A stretch of 64,000 bases of DNA from an uncultured Chloroflexia bacterium. GTDB taxonomy: Bacteria > Chloroflexota > Limnocylindria > Limnocylindrales > CSP1-4. Positions 40,631-50,999 of the stretch are shown here, piece by piece. The stretch covers positions 13,085 to 77,084 of the forward strand of contig CAVSEO010000001.1 of the NCBI GenBank assembly GCA_963727005.1. Direction: 5' to 3'. The translations under genes were made by a program, and so were the position numbers. Numbering within the stretch: the stretch's first letter is position 1; every line of letters starts with the position of its first letter. The notes beneath the pieces were generated by a model. That model was not told the origin of the DNA. It saw nothing but the letters and a program-made list of their open reading frames with translations, and ran no database searches.

Positions 40631-41556
40631 CTATTTGCCCGCCAGAGCCTCGACCAGCGGCGCCATCGACTCCATCGAGCGGCTGGGGATCGTGTAGTAG
40701 CTGATGCCGAGGGCATCGCGGCGCCGCAGCAGCCGGTCCCGCACGGCCCCGAGCGTCCCGTACAGGACGTACGGACTGCCGTAGACGGCCGTCGCGGCGC
40801 CCGCCGTGGCCGCCAGCGGCGGAACCCCGCAGGGAATTGCCGCTTCCGGCGAGGCCCGCGTGGCTGACCCAGACGTTCAGCTCCAGGTCTTCGAATCGGT
40901 CGCCGGCCGCCTCCTTGACGACCGCGACCTTCTCGGCCGTGGCCTTCTCCGTGGCCTGCCCGAACAGAGGCCAGCCACGGGCGCTGAAGCCCGGCTGCAG
41001 CCCGACGATCTCGGCCTCGCGGGCCGCGATCCTGAGCATTCGAGGCCCGCCGGCGCCGATCGCGAGCGGCGGTCTGGGCCGTTGCACCGTGGGCACGCCG
41101 GCCGACGCTCGCTCCATCTGGTAGTGCTCGCCGCGGTGCGTGACCGTCTCGCCGGCCAGGAGGCGCTTCACGAGCGGGATTGCCTCCTCCAACCGGTCGA
41201 CTCGGCGCGGCGGCAGGTCGTAGCTCATCCCCAGGCCGCGGTAGTCGCTGGTCATCCAGCCGGCGCCCAGGCCCATCTCGAAACGACCGGCCGGAGAGCA
41301 CGTCCAGGGTTGCGGCCTCGCGCGCGAGCATCAGGGGGTGGCGGTAGTCGTTGGCGAAGACGAACGCCCCGATGCGCAGGCGTTTCGTCGCCGCCGCGGC
41401 CGCGGCCAGCGCGGAGAACGGCGAGAACTGGTGGTTGAGGTGGTCCGGCATCACCAGGAGGTCGTAACCGAGGGCCTCGGCCCGCTGAGCGAGGGCCGCC
41501 CATTCCTCTGAGCTCGACGCGGACGCCTGCTGGACCGCGAATCGGAACGGATGCAC
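40631..41556 (-). pseudogene. LLM-class (F420/flavin-dependent) oxidoreductase; two frameshifts as assembled (near 41275 and 40845)
   Basis: Three frames stitch to MHPFRFAVQQ...LVMPDHL...LDVLSG / MGLGAGWMTSDYRGLGMSYD...GEHYQ...NVWVSHAG / AVYGSPYVLYGTLGAVRDRLLRRRDALGISYYTIPSRSMESMAPLVEALAGK*. Confidence 0.8.
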
Positions 41557-41697
41557 CGGCGGAGGTTACTCCGACGCCGAAAAGAGGTGCGCCGGGCCGG
41601 CCGCTGGCGCGGCGCTTGCTCGCGGTCGACCGTCGCTCCGCCAAAGCCGCAAGTGGCCCAGAGCTTCGCGAGCGGTCGCCGCTCCCGTCGCCGCGCT

Positions 41698-43707
41698 CTA
41701 GGCCACCTCGGCGATCGCTTCCTCGAACTGCGAGTTGTAGAGGTCGAAGTAGAAGCCCTTGCGGGCGATCAGCTCGTCGTGGCTGCCCTGCTCCACGATC
41801 TTGCCGTGGTCCATGACCAGGATCTCGTCGGCGTTGCGGATCGTCGAGAGACGGTGGGCGATGACGAAGGCCGTGCGGCCCTTCATGAGCCGGGCCATCG
41901 CCTCCTGGACCAGGACCTCGGTGCGGGTGTCGACCGAGCTGGTGGCCTCGTCCAGGATCAGGATCTGCGGATCGGCCAGGAAGGCCCGGGCGATGGTCAG
42001 CAGCTGCTTCTCGCCCTGCGACAGGTTCGAGGCGTCGTCGTCGATCACGGTGTCGTAGCCGTGGGGCATCGTCCGCACGAAGTGGTCCACGTGGGCGGCC
42101 TTTGCCGCGGCGATGATCTCCTCCTCGGTCGCGCCCTCGCAGCCGTAGGCGATGTTCTCGCGGATCGTCCCGCCGAACAGCCACGTGTCCTGGAGGACCA
42201 TGCCGAAGGTTCGCCGGAGGTTGTCGCGGGTCAGGTTCCGGATGTCGATGCCGTCGACCTTGATGGCGCCGCCGTCGATCTCGTAGAAGCGCATCAGCAG
42301 GTTGACGACGCGTCGTCTTGCCGGCGCCGGTCGGTCCGACGATCGCCAGAACCTCGCCCGAACGGACGTCCGCGTTGAGGTTGTCGATGAGCGGGGTCTC
42401 GGGCTCGTAGCGGAACGAGACGTCCTCGAGCGTGACGTGGCCTCTCGCGGCCGCGAGAACGGCCGGCTGCTCGGTGTCCGGGAGCTTCCTCGGGCTCGTC
42501 GAGCAGCTCGAATACCCGCTCGGCCGATGCGATCGTCGATTGCAGGAGGTTGGCGATGCTGGCCGTCTGGGTGATCGGCATGGTGAACGAGCGCGAGTAC
42601 TGGATGAACGCCTGGACGTCGCCGAGGGACATCGTGCCGGTCGCGACCTGCAGGCCGCCGAGGACGCCGATGGCGACGTAGTTGAGGTTCAGAGGAAGTT
42701 CATCGTCGGCATGATGATTCCGGAGATGAACTGGGCCTTGAAGCTGGCCTCGTAGACGCGCTGGTTCTCTTCGTCGAAGCGGCGTATGGCGTCTTCCTGA
42801 TGGCCGAACGACTTGACGATCGGGTGGCCGGTGTGCGACTCCTCGACGTGGCCGTTGAGCGTCCCGGTGTGCTCCCACTGGGCGGCGAACTGCTTCTGCG
42901 ACCGCTTCGCGATCAGCATCGTCAGGATGGCCGCCGCGGGGATCACCAGCAGCGAGACGACCGCCAGCGTCGGGCTGATCCAGAACATCATCGCCAGCAC
43001 GCCGACGATCGTGGCGATGCGACGTGATGATCTGGCTCAGGCTCTGCTGCAGCGTGTTGCCGATGTTGTCGATGTCGTTGGTGACGCGGCTCAGGGTGTC
43101 GCCGCGCTGGTGCGTGTCGAAGTACTTGAGCGGCAGGCGGGCGAGCTTGGTGTCGACGTCGCGGCGGAGCCGGTAGACGGTCCGCTGGGACACGCCGGCC
43201 ATGGTGTACCAGGAGAGCCAGCGACGAGGGCGGCCGCGAGGTACAGGCCCGCCAGGCAGAGAGCACGAAGCCCAGGGCGCCGAAGTCGACGCCGACTCCC
43301 GGCACGGCGGTGGTGCTCGCGAAGAGGTCCGCGATCTGCGGCTGGGTCTGGCGCAGTATCACGACGGCCTGGTCGTGAGTCGTGCCCGGCGGCAGGTACT
43401 GGCCGAGCTGCTTGCCGACGCAGCCCGTCCATGAGCTGGTTGATGGCGTTGCCCAGGATCTTGGGCCCGAAGATGGTCCCGGCCGTGCTGACGAACGCGA
43501 GAACGGATCGCGAACAGGATGAGGGGCCGCTCCGGCCGCATCTCGCCTATGAGCCGCTTCAAGGTGCCCCGGAAGTTCTTGGGCTTCTCGGCCGGAATCA
43601 TCATTCCGTGGGCCGGGCCGCCGCCCATCGGGCCGCGCCCTGGCGCCGCGGCCGCCCGGGCCGCCCATCGGCGCCCCGCCCCCTGCCGCCGCCCATCGGG
43701 CCGCTCA
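41698..43707 (-). pseudogene. ABC exporter fused permease/ATPase (MdlB/type-I exporter), about 10-11 frame changes as assembled
   Basis: Conserved pieces are scattered over all three frames: [121 protein letters not shown]. The intact ATPase tail has [15 protein letters not shown] and [16 protein letters not shown] overlap with the upstream ABC gene. Confidence 0.85.
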
Positions 43708-45434
43708 TGCGACTTCCTCCTGGCTGAGCTGCGAGTACACGATCTCGCGGTAGGTCTCGCAGGTCTTCATCAGTTGCTCGTGCGTGCCCTATGCCGACGA
43801 TCTCGCCGCTGTCCAGGACGACGATCTGGTCGGCGTGCATGATCGTGCCGACGCGCTGGGCGACGATGATCACCGTCGCGTCGCGGGTCTCGTTTCGCAG
43901 CGCCGGCGCAGCTGCTGGTCGGTCTTGAAGTCGAGGGCCGAGAAGCTGTCGTCGAAGATGTAGACCTTCGGTTTCTTCACGATCGCCCGGGCGATCGCCA
44001 GGCGCTGGCGTTGGCCGCCCGAGACGTTCGTCCCGCCCTGGTCGACCTCGTTCGCCAGCTTCCCGGGCATCTCGGTCACGAAGTCCTTGCCCTGGGCGGT
44101 CTCCAGCGCCTTCCAAGCTCTTCGTCGTGGCGGTTTCATCGCCGTAGCGGAGGTTGCTCGCGACCGTGCCGCTGAACAGGAAGGCCTTCTGGGGCACGAC
44201 GCCGACGAGATGCCACAGGTCCTCCTGGAGCATCCTGCGGACGTCGACGCCGTCGATCGGTGACCGAGCCGGAAGTGACGTCGTAGAAGCGCGGCACCAG
44301 GTTGATGAGCGTGGTCTTGCCCGAGCCCGTGCCCCCGACGATGGCCGTGGTCTGGCCCGGTTTGGCGGTGAAGCTGATGCCGCACAGGACGGCATCCTCG
44401 GCGCCGGGGTAGCGGAACTCGACGTCTTTGAACTCGACCACTCCCTTTGCGCCGCTGACGTCCGTCGGGTCGTCGGGGTCGCAGAGCGTGGCTTCCGTCT
44501 CGAGGACTTCCTGGATCCGTTCGGCCGAGGCCGCCGCGCGCGGCACCATGACGAACATCAGGGCCGCCATCATCACCGAGAAGAGGATCTGCATGACGTA
44601 CTGCAGGAAGGCCGACAGGTTGCCGATCGGCATTCCGCCGGAGTCGATACGCATGCCCCCGAACCACACGATCGCGACGGTCGAGAGGTTCATGATCCCG
44701 AAGAGGAACGGAATCATGACCGCGAAGAGGCGGTTGACGCGGAGCGAGGTATCCATCAGCTCCACGTTCGCCTGGTCGAAGCGCTTCTCCTCGTAGTCCG
44801 TCCGGACGAAGGCTCGAATGACGCGCATGCCGCTGAGCGTCTCGCGCATGACCTGGTTGATGCGGTCCGTCCTCTTCTGGACGGTGCGGAACAGCGGCAC
44901 GGCGATGGCCGCCACGATGCCGATGACGATGAGCACCAGCGGGATGATGACGATGAGGGTGGCCGAGAGGGGCACGTCCTCGCGCAGGGCCATGATGATG
45001 CCGCCGACCATCATGATCGGGGCCATGATCATCATGTTGAAGGCCATCACCAGCAGCATCTGGACCTGCTGGACGTCGTTGGTGTTGCGGGTGATCAGGG
45101 TCGGCGTTCCGAAGAGGTTCGTCTCCTTCTGGGAGAAGCCCATCACCTTCCGGAAGATCGCGCTGCGGACATCTCGCCCGAAGGCCATCGCCACCATCGA
45201 GCCGAAGTAGACGCTCGCGATCGCGCACACGCCCACCAGGAACGTGATGAGCAGCATCAACGCGCCGGTTCGGATGATGTAGTTGGTGTCGCCCTTGACG
45301 ACGCCGTTGTTGATGATGTCCGCGTTGAGGTTCGGCAGGTACAGGTTGGCCAGCGCCTGGATGCTCACGAGGACCAGGACGGCCAGCAGCTGCCGGCGGT
45401 GCGGCCACAGGAAGCGGGGCAGGAGTCTGGTCAT
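43704..45434 (-). pseudogene. ABC exporter fused permease/ATPase (MdlA/type-I exporter), about 4 frame changes in the 3' third as assembled
   Basis: Intact TMD plus Walker A (GGTGSGKTTLINL) in ORF 44136..45434. Then IDGVDVRRMLQEDLWHLVGVVPQKAFLFSGTV, VSGGQRQRLAIARAIVKKPKVYIFDDSFSALD, TVIIVAQRVGTIMHADQIVVLDSGEIVG and HEQLMKTCETYREIVYSQLSQEEVA* lie in other frames. Confidence 0.85.
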
Positions 45435-46132
45435 TCGGGAGCGCTCCTAGTTGTCGAATCGATCGATGTTGCCCGATAAGCTTCGGGCCGAGTTGTGAGG
45501 AAGGCGTGAAGGGCGGCCGGAGAAGTCACGATCCGGCGTTCATCCGCCTGGTTCCTGGGCGCCGTCGGCTGCACCTGCGGCGGCCGGTTCGCGTGGCATC
45601 CGGTTCGGTCTGGAAGACTCTGCTTGCGGGCGGCGTGGATCGCTCGCATCCCGATCAGCAGGGCGGCGATCTCATCGGCGGTGAGCTGGGCCAGGATCTT
45701 CGACAGCCGTTCGCGGCGATGAGCCGCCATGTCGATGAAGACCTGGCGGCCGGCGGCCGTGGCGTGGACCAGCACGACCCGGCGGTCGTCTGTGCCGTGC
45801 ATACGTTCCACCAGGCCGCGCTTCTCCATGCGATCGACGATGCCGGTCGCGCTTGCGTCGGAGACGTCGAGCGCCTCGGACAGGCGCGTCATGGAGAGGG
45901 GACCTTCGGCTTCGATCGCGCTCAGGACGTTGAGGTGGACGAGACTCAGGGCGTGGCGATGCCAGCTCTTGAAGACGCCGCCCCGATCGCGTGGCGACCA
46001 GGAGGTCATCTCGTCGAGCAGCTCGCGCTCGAGGGTCGCTCGGTCGCCGGGCGGGGTCCCGAGCGGCTGGCTCCCGAGCTGCGCGTCGCTCTGGTCCGGA
46101 TGTCCGTTCTGTGCGCCATTGATATTCAACAC
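45431..46132 (-). CDS. MarR-family transcriptional regulator
   Basis: Winged-helix core LSMTRLSEALDVSDASATGIVDRMEKRGLVERMHGTDDRRVV. Stop overlaps the ABC exporter start (ATGA), so the three genes form one unit. Confidence 0.85.
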   Translation of the reverse strand: MLNINGAQNGHPDQSDAQLGSQPLGTPPGDRATLERELLDEMTSWSPRDRGGVFKSWHRHALSLVHLNVLSAIEAEGPLSMTRLSEALDVSDASATGIVDRMEKRGLVERMHGTDDRRVVLVHATAAGRQVFIDMAAHRRERLSKILAQLTADEIAALLIGMRAIHAARKQSLPDRTGCHANRPPQVQPTAPRNQADERRIVTSPAALHAFLTTRPEAYRATSIDSTTRSAPE

Positions 46133-46134
46133 GA

Positions 46135-46150
46135 GGCTAAGTATATAGCC
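46135..46150. promoter_or_regulatory. imperfect palindrome GGCTAAGTATATAGCC with embedded TATACT -10-like hexamer, 3 nt upstream of the marR start (possible leaderless promoter/operator)
   Basis: Read directly. On the minus strand, TATACT ends 7 nt before the GTG and no Shine-Dalgarno is visible. Local AT-rich patch. Confidence 0.3.
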
Positions 46151-46239
46151 ATTTTGCCCAAACGCAAATGCTCAGGAACGCCCTGGAAGCCGAAGGGGTA
46201 GTTGACCGTACGGGCCTCCGGTCGTGGAATTGAAGCCTG

Positions 46240-46862
46240 ATGCAAGTACCGTTTCCCGCCGCGAGTGTGCCCGCGCTCGGCCTCGTCACGGCCGCGGCCG
46301 CTCTCATCGTGGCGATCGTGAGCTCGCCGGCCTCCGGCTCGCCGACGCCCGCGCCGTCGGCACCGAGGTTCGCCAGTCGCGGAGCACCGGCGAGCCCGGC
46401 TTGGCCAGCCCGACCCCCGCGTTCCAGCTGGGGATCGTGCCGGGCAACTCGGCCGGCGCACCCCTTCCGACCGACGCCCCGGCCGCCCTGATCCCACTAC
46501 CGCACCTGCCGTCGTGCGGCGCCGAGGTGCTGTTCGAGGAGGACGTCGACATCAGCCCGGTCCCGACGGCGCCCGGCCCGGTCACCGATCCGACGGCCAA
46601 CCAGCAGGCGACCGATTGCCTCCTCTCGGCCTGGGAGAACGGACGGGCCGCCGTCCTGGTCACGTCCGCGATCAGCGACGAGGCCGATGAGATCTACTCC
46701 ATCTACCGTCTCCCCGGCGACGGGACGGTCGACGTGATCGTGCGCGTCCGTTCCCACTCCGATCAGACGGTCTCCTGGACGGAGAGGACCTGCCGTCAGC
46801 TCTCGGTGCAACAGGGCGCCGTGACGCCCGCCGATTGCGATCCCGAGGCGCCAATGAATTGA
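46240..46862 (+). CDS. hypothetical secreted protein; one frameshift as assembled near 46390
   Basis: Signal peptide MQVPFPAASVPALGLVTAAAALIVAIVSS in ORF 46240..46491. Mature part in ORF 46224..46862 (...CGAEVLFEEDVD...TDCLLSAWENGRAAVLVTS...). Confidence 0.5.
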
Positions 46863-47167
46863 TCGCGTCCCGTGGCCACCGGACGCGTTTCCCCATCCCA
46901 ATGGGTTGGGCCCGATTGACCAGTGAGGCTCAGGCATTGGAGCCCCACCGGGACCGGACATCATCGCCATCGACTTGGACGGCCCACGAGTCCAAGGTAT
47001 TTCGTATCCAGTCGGTCACCGCCGGCGTCAATCGCAGGCAGACAGGGACCACCCGATTCGGCGCATCACATCGCGGCCGCGTCACCCGCCCGCGCCGAGC
47101 GTCTCCGTCCGTCTCCAGCCGCTCCTGAACCGCGCCGTGGCGCGGGATCGAACGGCAAGGAGGAACG

Positions 47168-49122
47168 ATGTTCACAAGGTTCGCCAACGCCCCTACCGTC
47201 GAAGGGACTCGCAAGCGCTCGCCGCGAAAGGTGCGGCTGGTGTTCCTGGCGGCTGCGGCCGTGCTCGCTCTGTCGACGGCAATGACCGTCTTCGCGGCGA
47301 CCGCCCGGGTGTCAACGCCCGCGGCAGCGGCGCCCGGCGAGCAGATCGCCGTCAGCGGGACCGGCTTCGCGTCCGGCCAGTCGGGCAAGCTGACCTTCAA
47401 CGGAAGCGCCGTGACGACGTTCAAGGCGTCGTCCAGCGGCGCGTTCAACGTCCCATTCGTCGTGCCCAGCTGGGCCGTGGCGAATTCCACCGGCCGTATC
47501 TCCGCCAAGACGAGCTCGGATTCGCTGATCGCCACCACGACGCTCACGATCGCAGCGTCCGTCGTCCCGGCTGTCGGCCACCCGACGCTTGCCGCCCCCA
47601 CCCAGGCCATGCCCGGCACGCAGATCACACTCGATAGCGCCGGATTTGCGGCCGGCCAGACCGGCAACCTCTCGGTCAACGGCGTCGCCGTCACCACCTT
47701 CACCGCCGCGCCGGACGGCACGTTCAGCGTCCCGTTCGACATTCCGGCTACCACGACCATCGGCATGGGCCTCATCGCGGCCCGGGATGGGAACGGCGCC
47801 GCACTTGCCACTACCTGGCTGGGCATCGGAGTCGACGTAACCGGACCTATGATCTCCGTCCCGTCACAGGCCCCGGCCGGCTCCACGATCTGGGTCGACG
47901 GCCTCTTCTTCGGTCCCGGCCAGGCCGGGAACCTGACCTACAACGGCGCCGTGATCACCGAGTTCACGGCCGCGACCCGCGGTTCCTTCGGTGTCCAGTT
48001 CGTGATTCCGACCGGCGCCGCGAACGGCAGCACGGGCCGCATCTCGGCCAAGACCAGTTCCGGTTCGCTCCTGGCCACGACTACGCTGGTCATCGGGCCG
48101 GCCGCGCCGGCTCCGAACCCGACTTCACCGCCGGCCCCGACTCCGACCGCCACTCCGACGGTCCTGACGACACCGGGCCCCACGCCGACGCCGGCTCTAT
48201 CGGCCACGCCGACGGCCGCGGCCACGGCGACACCGACGGGCACGCCCACCGCGACGCCCGCGGCAACGCCAACTCGCGCACGCCCACCGCCACTCCGACT
48301 GCCACGCCGACGGCCACTCCGCCGCCCGCGAGCCTGCCCAACTTCAGCCACGTCTACGTGATCATCTTCGAGAACAAGGAGTACTCGAGCATCGTCGGCT
48401 CGAGCAGCGCCCCCTACATCAACTCCCTGATCTCGCAGTACGGCCTGTCCACCAACTTCACGGCCGAGCGGCATCCCTCGGAGCCCAACTACATCGCCCT
48501 CACGTCGGGCGGTACCCAGGGCATCACCGATGACGGCACCTACAACCTGGGCGTGAACAACGTCTTCGACCAGATCACCGCGTCCGGGCGGACGTGGAAG
48601 GCCTACCAGCAGGGCAACCCGGGCAACTGCTTCACCGGCTCTTCATCCTCGGCCGTCGTCGACGGCGTGGGCAAGTCCGGAGGCTACGTCCGCAAGCACA
48701 ACCCCGCGATCAGCTACACGAGCATCAGCGGCAACGCGGCCGCCTGCGCCAACATCACCAACCTCGCCAGCTTCGATCCGGCGGCGGCGAACTTCGAGTT
48801 CATCACGCCCAACATGATCAACGACATGCACGACGGAACCGTCGCCGACGGCGACAACTTCCTGAAGGCCTTCCTGCCGAAGATCACGGGCAGCCCCGCG
48901 TTCGCCAACTCCGTCGTCTACGTCACGTTCGACGAAGGCAGCACCAACGTCAGCGGCGGCGGCCACATCTTCACTCTCGCGATCACACCGAACATGACGC
49001 CGGGCTACAAGGCAACCGCGGCCTACACGCATTACTCGATGCTCCGAACCATCGAACAGGCGTGGAGCCTCCCGCCCCTCGGGAACGCGGCCTCCGCCTC
49101 GCCGATGAGCTTCCCCTACTGA
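47168..49122 (+). CDS. secreted multidomain protein: 3 Ig/IPT-like repeats, Pro/Thr linker, phosphoesterase-family (PF04185-like) domain; one frameshift as assembled in the linker near 48280
   Basis: AAGGAGGAA RBS and signal anchor. Three about 95-aa repeats (each ...G.GF..GQ.G.L..NG..VT.F.A...G.F.V.F..P...). Linker PTSPPAPTPTATPTVLTTPGPTPTPALSATPT.... After the frame change: HVYVIIFENKEYSS, PSEPNYIALTSG, TPNMINDMHDG, YVTFDEG. Confidence 0.75.
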
Positions 49123-49146
49123 GATCAGGCGTAACTCGCCAAAGCG

Positions 49147-49189
49147 AGAAGCGGCCCACCGGAGATCCGGTGGGCCGCTTCTTTCGTTG
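49147..49189 (+). terminator. strong intrinsic terminator (15-bp perfect stem, AGAT loop, T-tract), shared by two convergent genes
   Basis: GAAGCGGCCCACCGG-AGAT-CCGGTGGGCCGCTTC followed by TTTCGTTGT, 25 nt after the stop at 49122. ORF 48983..49729 reads through it, which supports an earlier true stop for that gene. Confidence 0.8.
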
Positions 49190-49206
49190 TCGAGCGGGGC
49201 CAGGCG

Positions 49207-49729
49207 TCAGCGGGCCGGGGAAACCTGTATCTCGAACCGGCCGATCAATCGATCGAAGCCATAGAGGTGTCCGGCGATGACCCCACACTGACCGTGCCGT
49301 CCGGCCGGGGCCAGCTCCAGCCGGTCCAGGACCGTCTGGAAGTCCTCCAGCCGCATCGAGGCGCCGTGCTCGGTCTCCGACTCGTCCTGCTTCGGCTTCG
49401 TCGGTCTCCTCGACGGTACCTCCGTCCTCCTCGCCGCCGATGCCGATCGCGGAGACCGTCTGCTCCGCCACGATCTCGTCGGCCCCTATCTCACCGCCCA
49501 ATTCGTCGGTTAGCCTGACCCTCAAGGCGTATTCCATTTCGAGCGGGCCTTCGACCTGGCCCGCCATTCCGGGTGCGGTCCGCCCGAGCGTGAACATCCC
49601 GGCCTGGACTATCGCATCGAGGGCCGCACCGACACAGGCCGGGCAACCATCGAATGTCAGAGCCGAGTAGGATCGGCACGCAGCTGTGGTCACGGTGCCC
49701 ATTCTCTGCTTCTCTCTGATATCTATCAT
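49207..49729 (-). CDS. hypothetical acidic Cys-containing protein; one frameshift as assembled near 49385
   Basis: N-terminal 115 aa as in ORF 48983..49729 (..AACRSYSALTFDGCPACVGAALDAIV...). After the acidic run, my translation of the +1 frame gives QDESETEHGASMRLEDFQTVLDRLELAPAGRHGQCGVIAGHLYGFDRLIGRFEIQVSPAR* with stop at 49207-49209, just before the terminator. Confidence 0.45.
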
Positions 49730-49837
49730 GTGCCGACTGTAGGCAAGCCAGATGAACAGGGGCTGAACACGGAGTTAACACCTCTACATAAACCGGCCCC
49801 GCCGCGTGACAGTCGCGGCGCCCCGATCGGGTATCTG

Positions 49838-50990
49838 GTGCGCCTGGCCCTCGTCGGGCTGGCGGTCGCGGCCTGCGGGTCTTCGCAGCCGAGCCCCCAG
49901 CCGAGCCCCGCCGGGTCGGTCCTCGAGCCGCCAACCGCGCTGCCTTCTCTCGCCCAGCCAAGCGCCTCCCTGTCGGACACGCCGCAGCCCTCGCCGCAGC
50001 CCGTCGCATCGACGGACGTGACCGCTTTCTACTACCTGTGGTACGGGACCCCGGCCCATGACGGCGCCTGGCGCCACTGGAATCAGACTCGCCCACAAGC
50101 CCCCGGACGACCTGGCCGCCACCTTCTATCCGGCTCGCGGCCCCTACAGCTCTCGTGACCCGGCGGTGTTGGCCAGTCAGATGCAAGAGCTGCGGTCCGC
50201 TCGCGTCGGCGTAATCGCCGTCAGCTGGTGGGGCCAGGGCGGATGGGAGGATCAGACGCTCGATGCCCTCTTTGCGGCCGCCGACGCCGCGGGGATTCGG
50301 ATCGCCTTTCACATGGAGCCGTACCAGGGTCAGACCGCCGCGTCGATCGCCGCCGACATCCACTACTTGCTCGGCCGCTTCGGGACGTCGCCGGCTCTGT
50401 TCAGGACGTCTCGTGCCACGTCGGGGAGCGCCTCTTCGGACCCGCGGCCCGTCTTCTACCTGTTCGGCAGCAGCAAGCTTCCCCCTGCCGACCTGAAGGC
50501 GGCAATCCAGGGCCTGAGAGGCACGCCGGACGACTCGATCATCATGGTCCACTCCCCGAAGGCCGTCTCGGCGACGCGCGTGGGAGCCGACGGGGTCTAC
50601 ACGTACGATGCGATGGCCTCGCCCGATTCCTTCGCCGTGCTGGCCGCGGACTGCGCCGCGGCCAGGATCATCTGCAGCCCGAGCGTGGCCGCGGGCTTCG
50701 ACAATCGCCAGGCCGTGGCGACGGGACAGATCGTGGTGGACCGGCAGAACGGCGCCCGCTACGACGCCATGTGGCAGGCGGCCGTGGCCGCTCATCCGAC
50801 GTGGGTGAGCGTGACGTCGTTCAACGAATGGCACGAGAGCACGCAGATCGAGCCCGCGACCGACTTCCAGGGCGGATCCAGGACCTACACGGGTTATGAA
50901 GGCGCGTTCGGAACGTCCGGGGCCGATGCCCCGAATGCGTACCTGGCCCGCACGGCGTACTGGGTCGGCCGGCTGGCGCCTGCCAACTGA
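49838..50990 (+). CDS. GH99-like (endo-alpha-mannosidase family) lipoprotein; one frameshift as assembled near 50085
   Basis: Lipobox LVGLAVAACGSS and Ser/Pro linker (QPSPQPSP). FYYLWYG...WRHWN in ORF 49730..50158, then PPDDLAATFYPARGPYSS, VIAVSWWGQG, IAFHMEPY and VTSFNEWHESTQIEP in ORF 50058..50990. Start could also be GTG 49730. Confidence 0.8.
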
Positions 50991-50999
50991 CAGCGGAGC

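Noticed and set aside
46930-47886. 318-aa minus-strand ORF
   Set aside because: Antisense to the Ig/IPT-repeat region of the 47168 gene, which has an excellent RBS, a signal peptide and a clear internal repeat structure.
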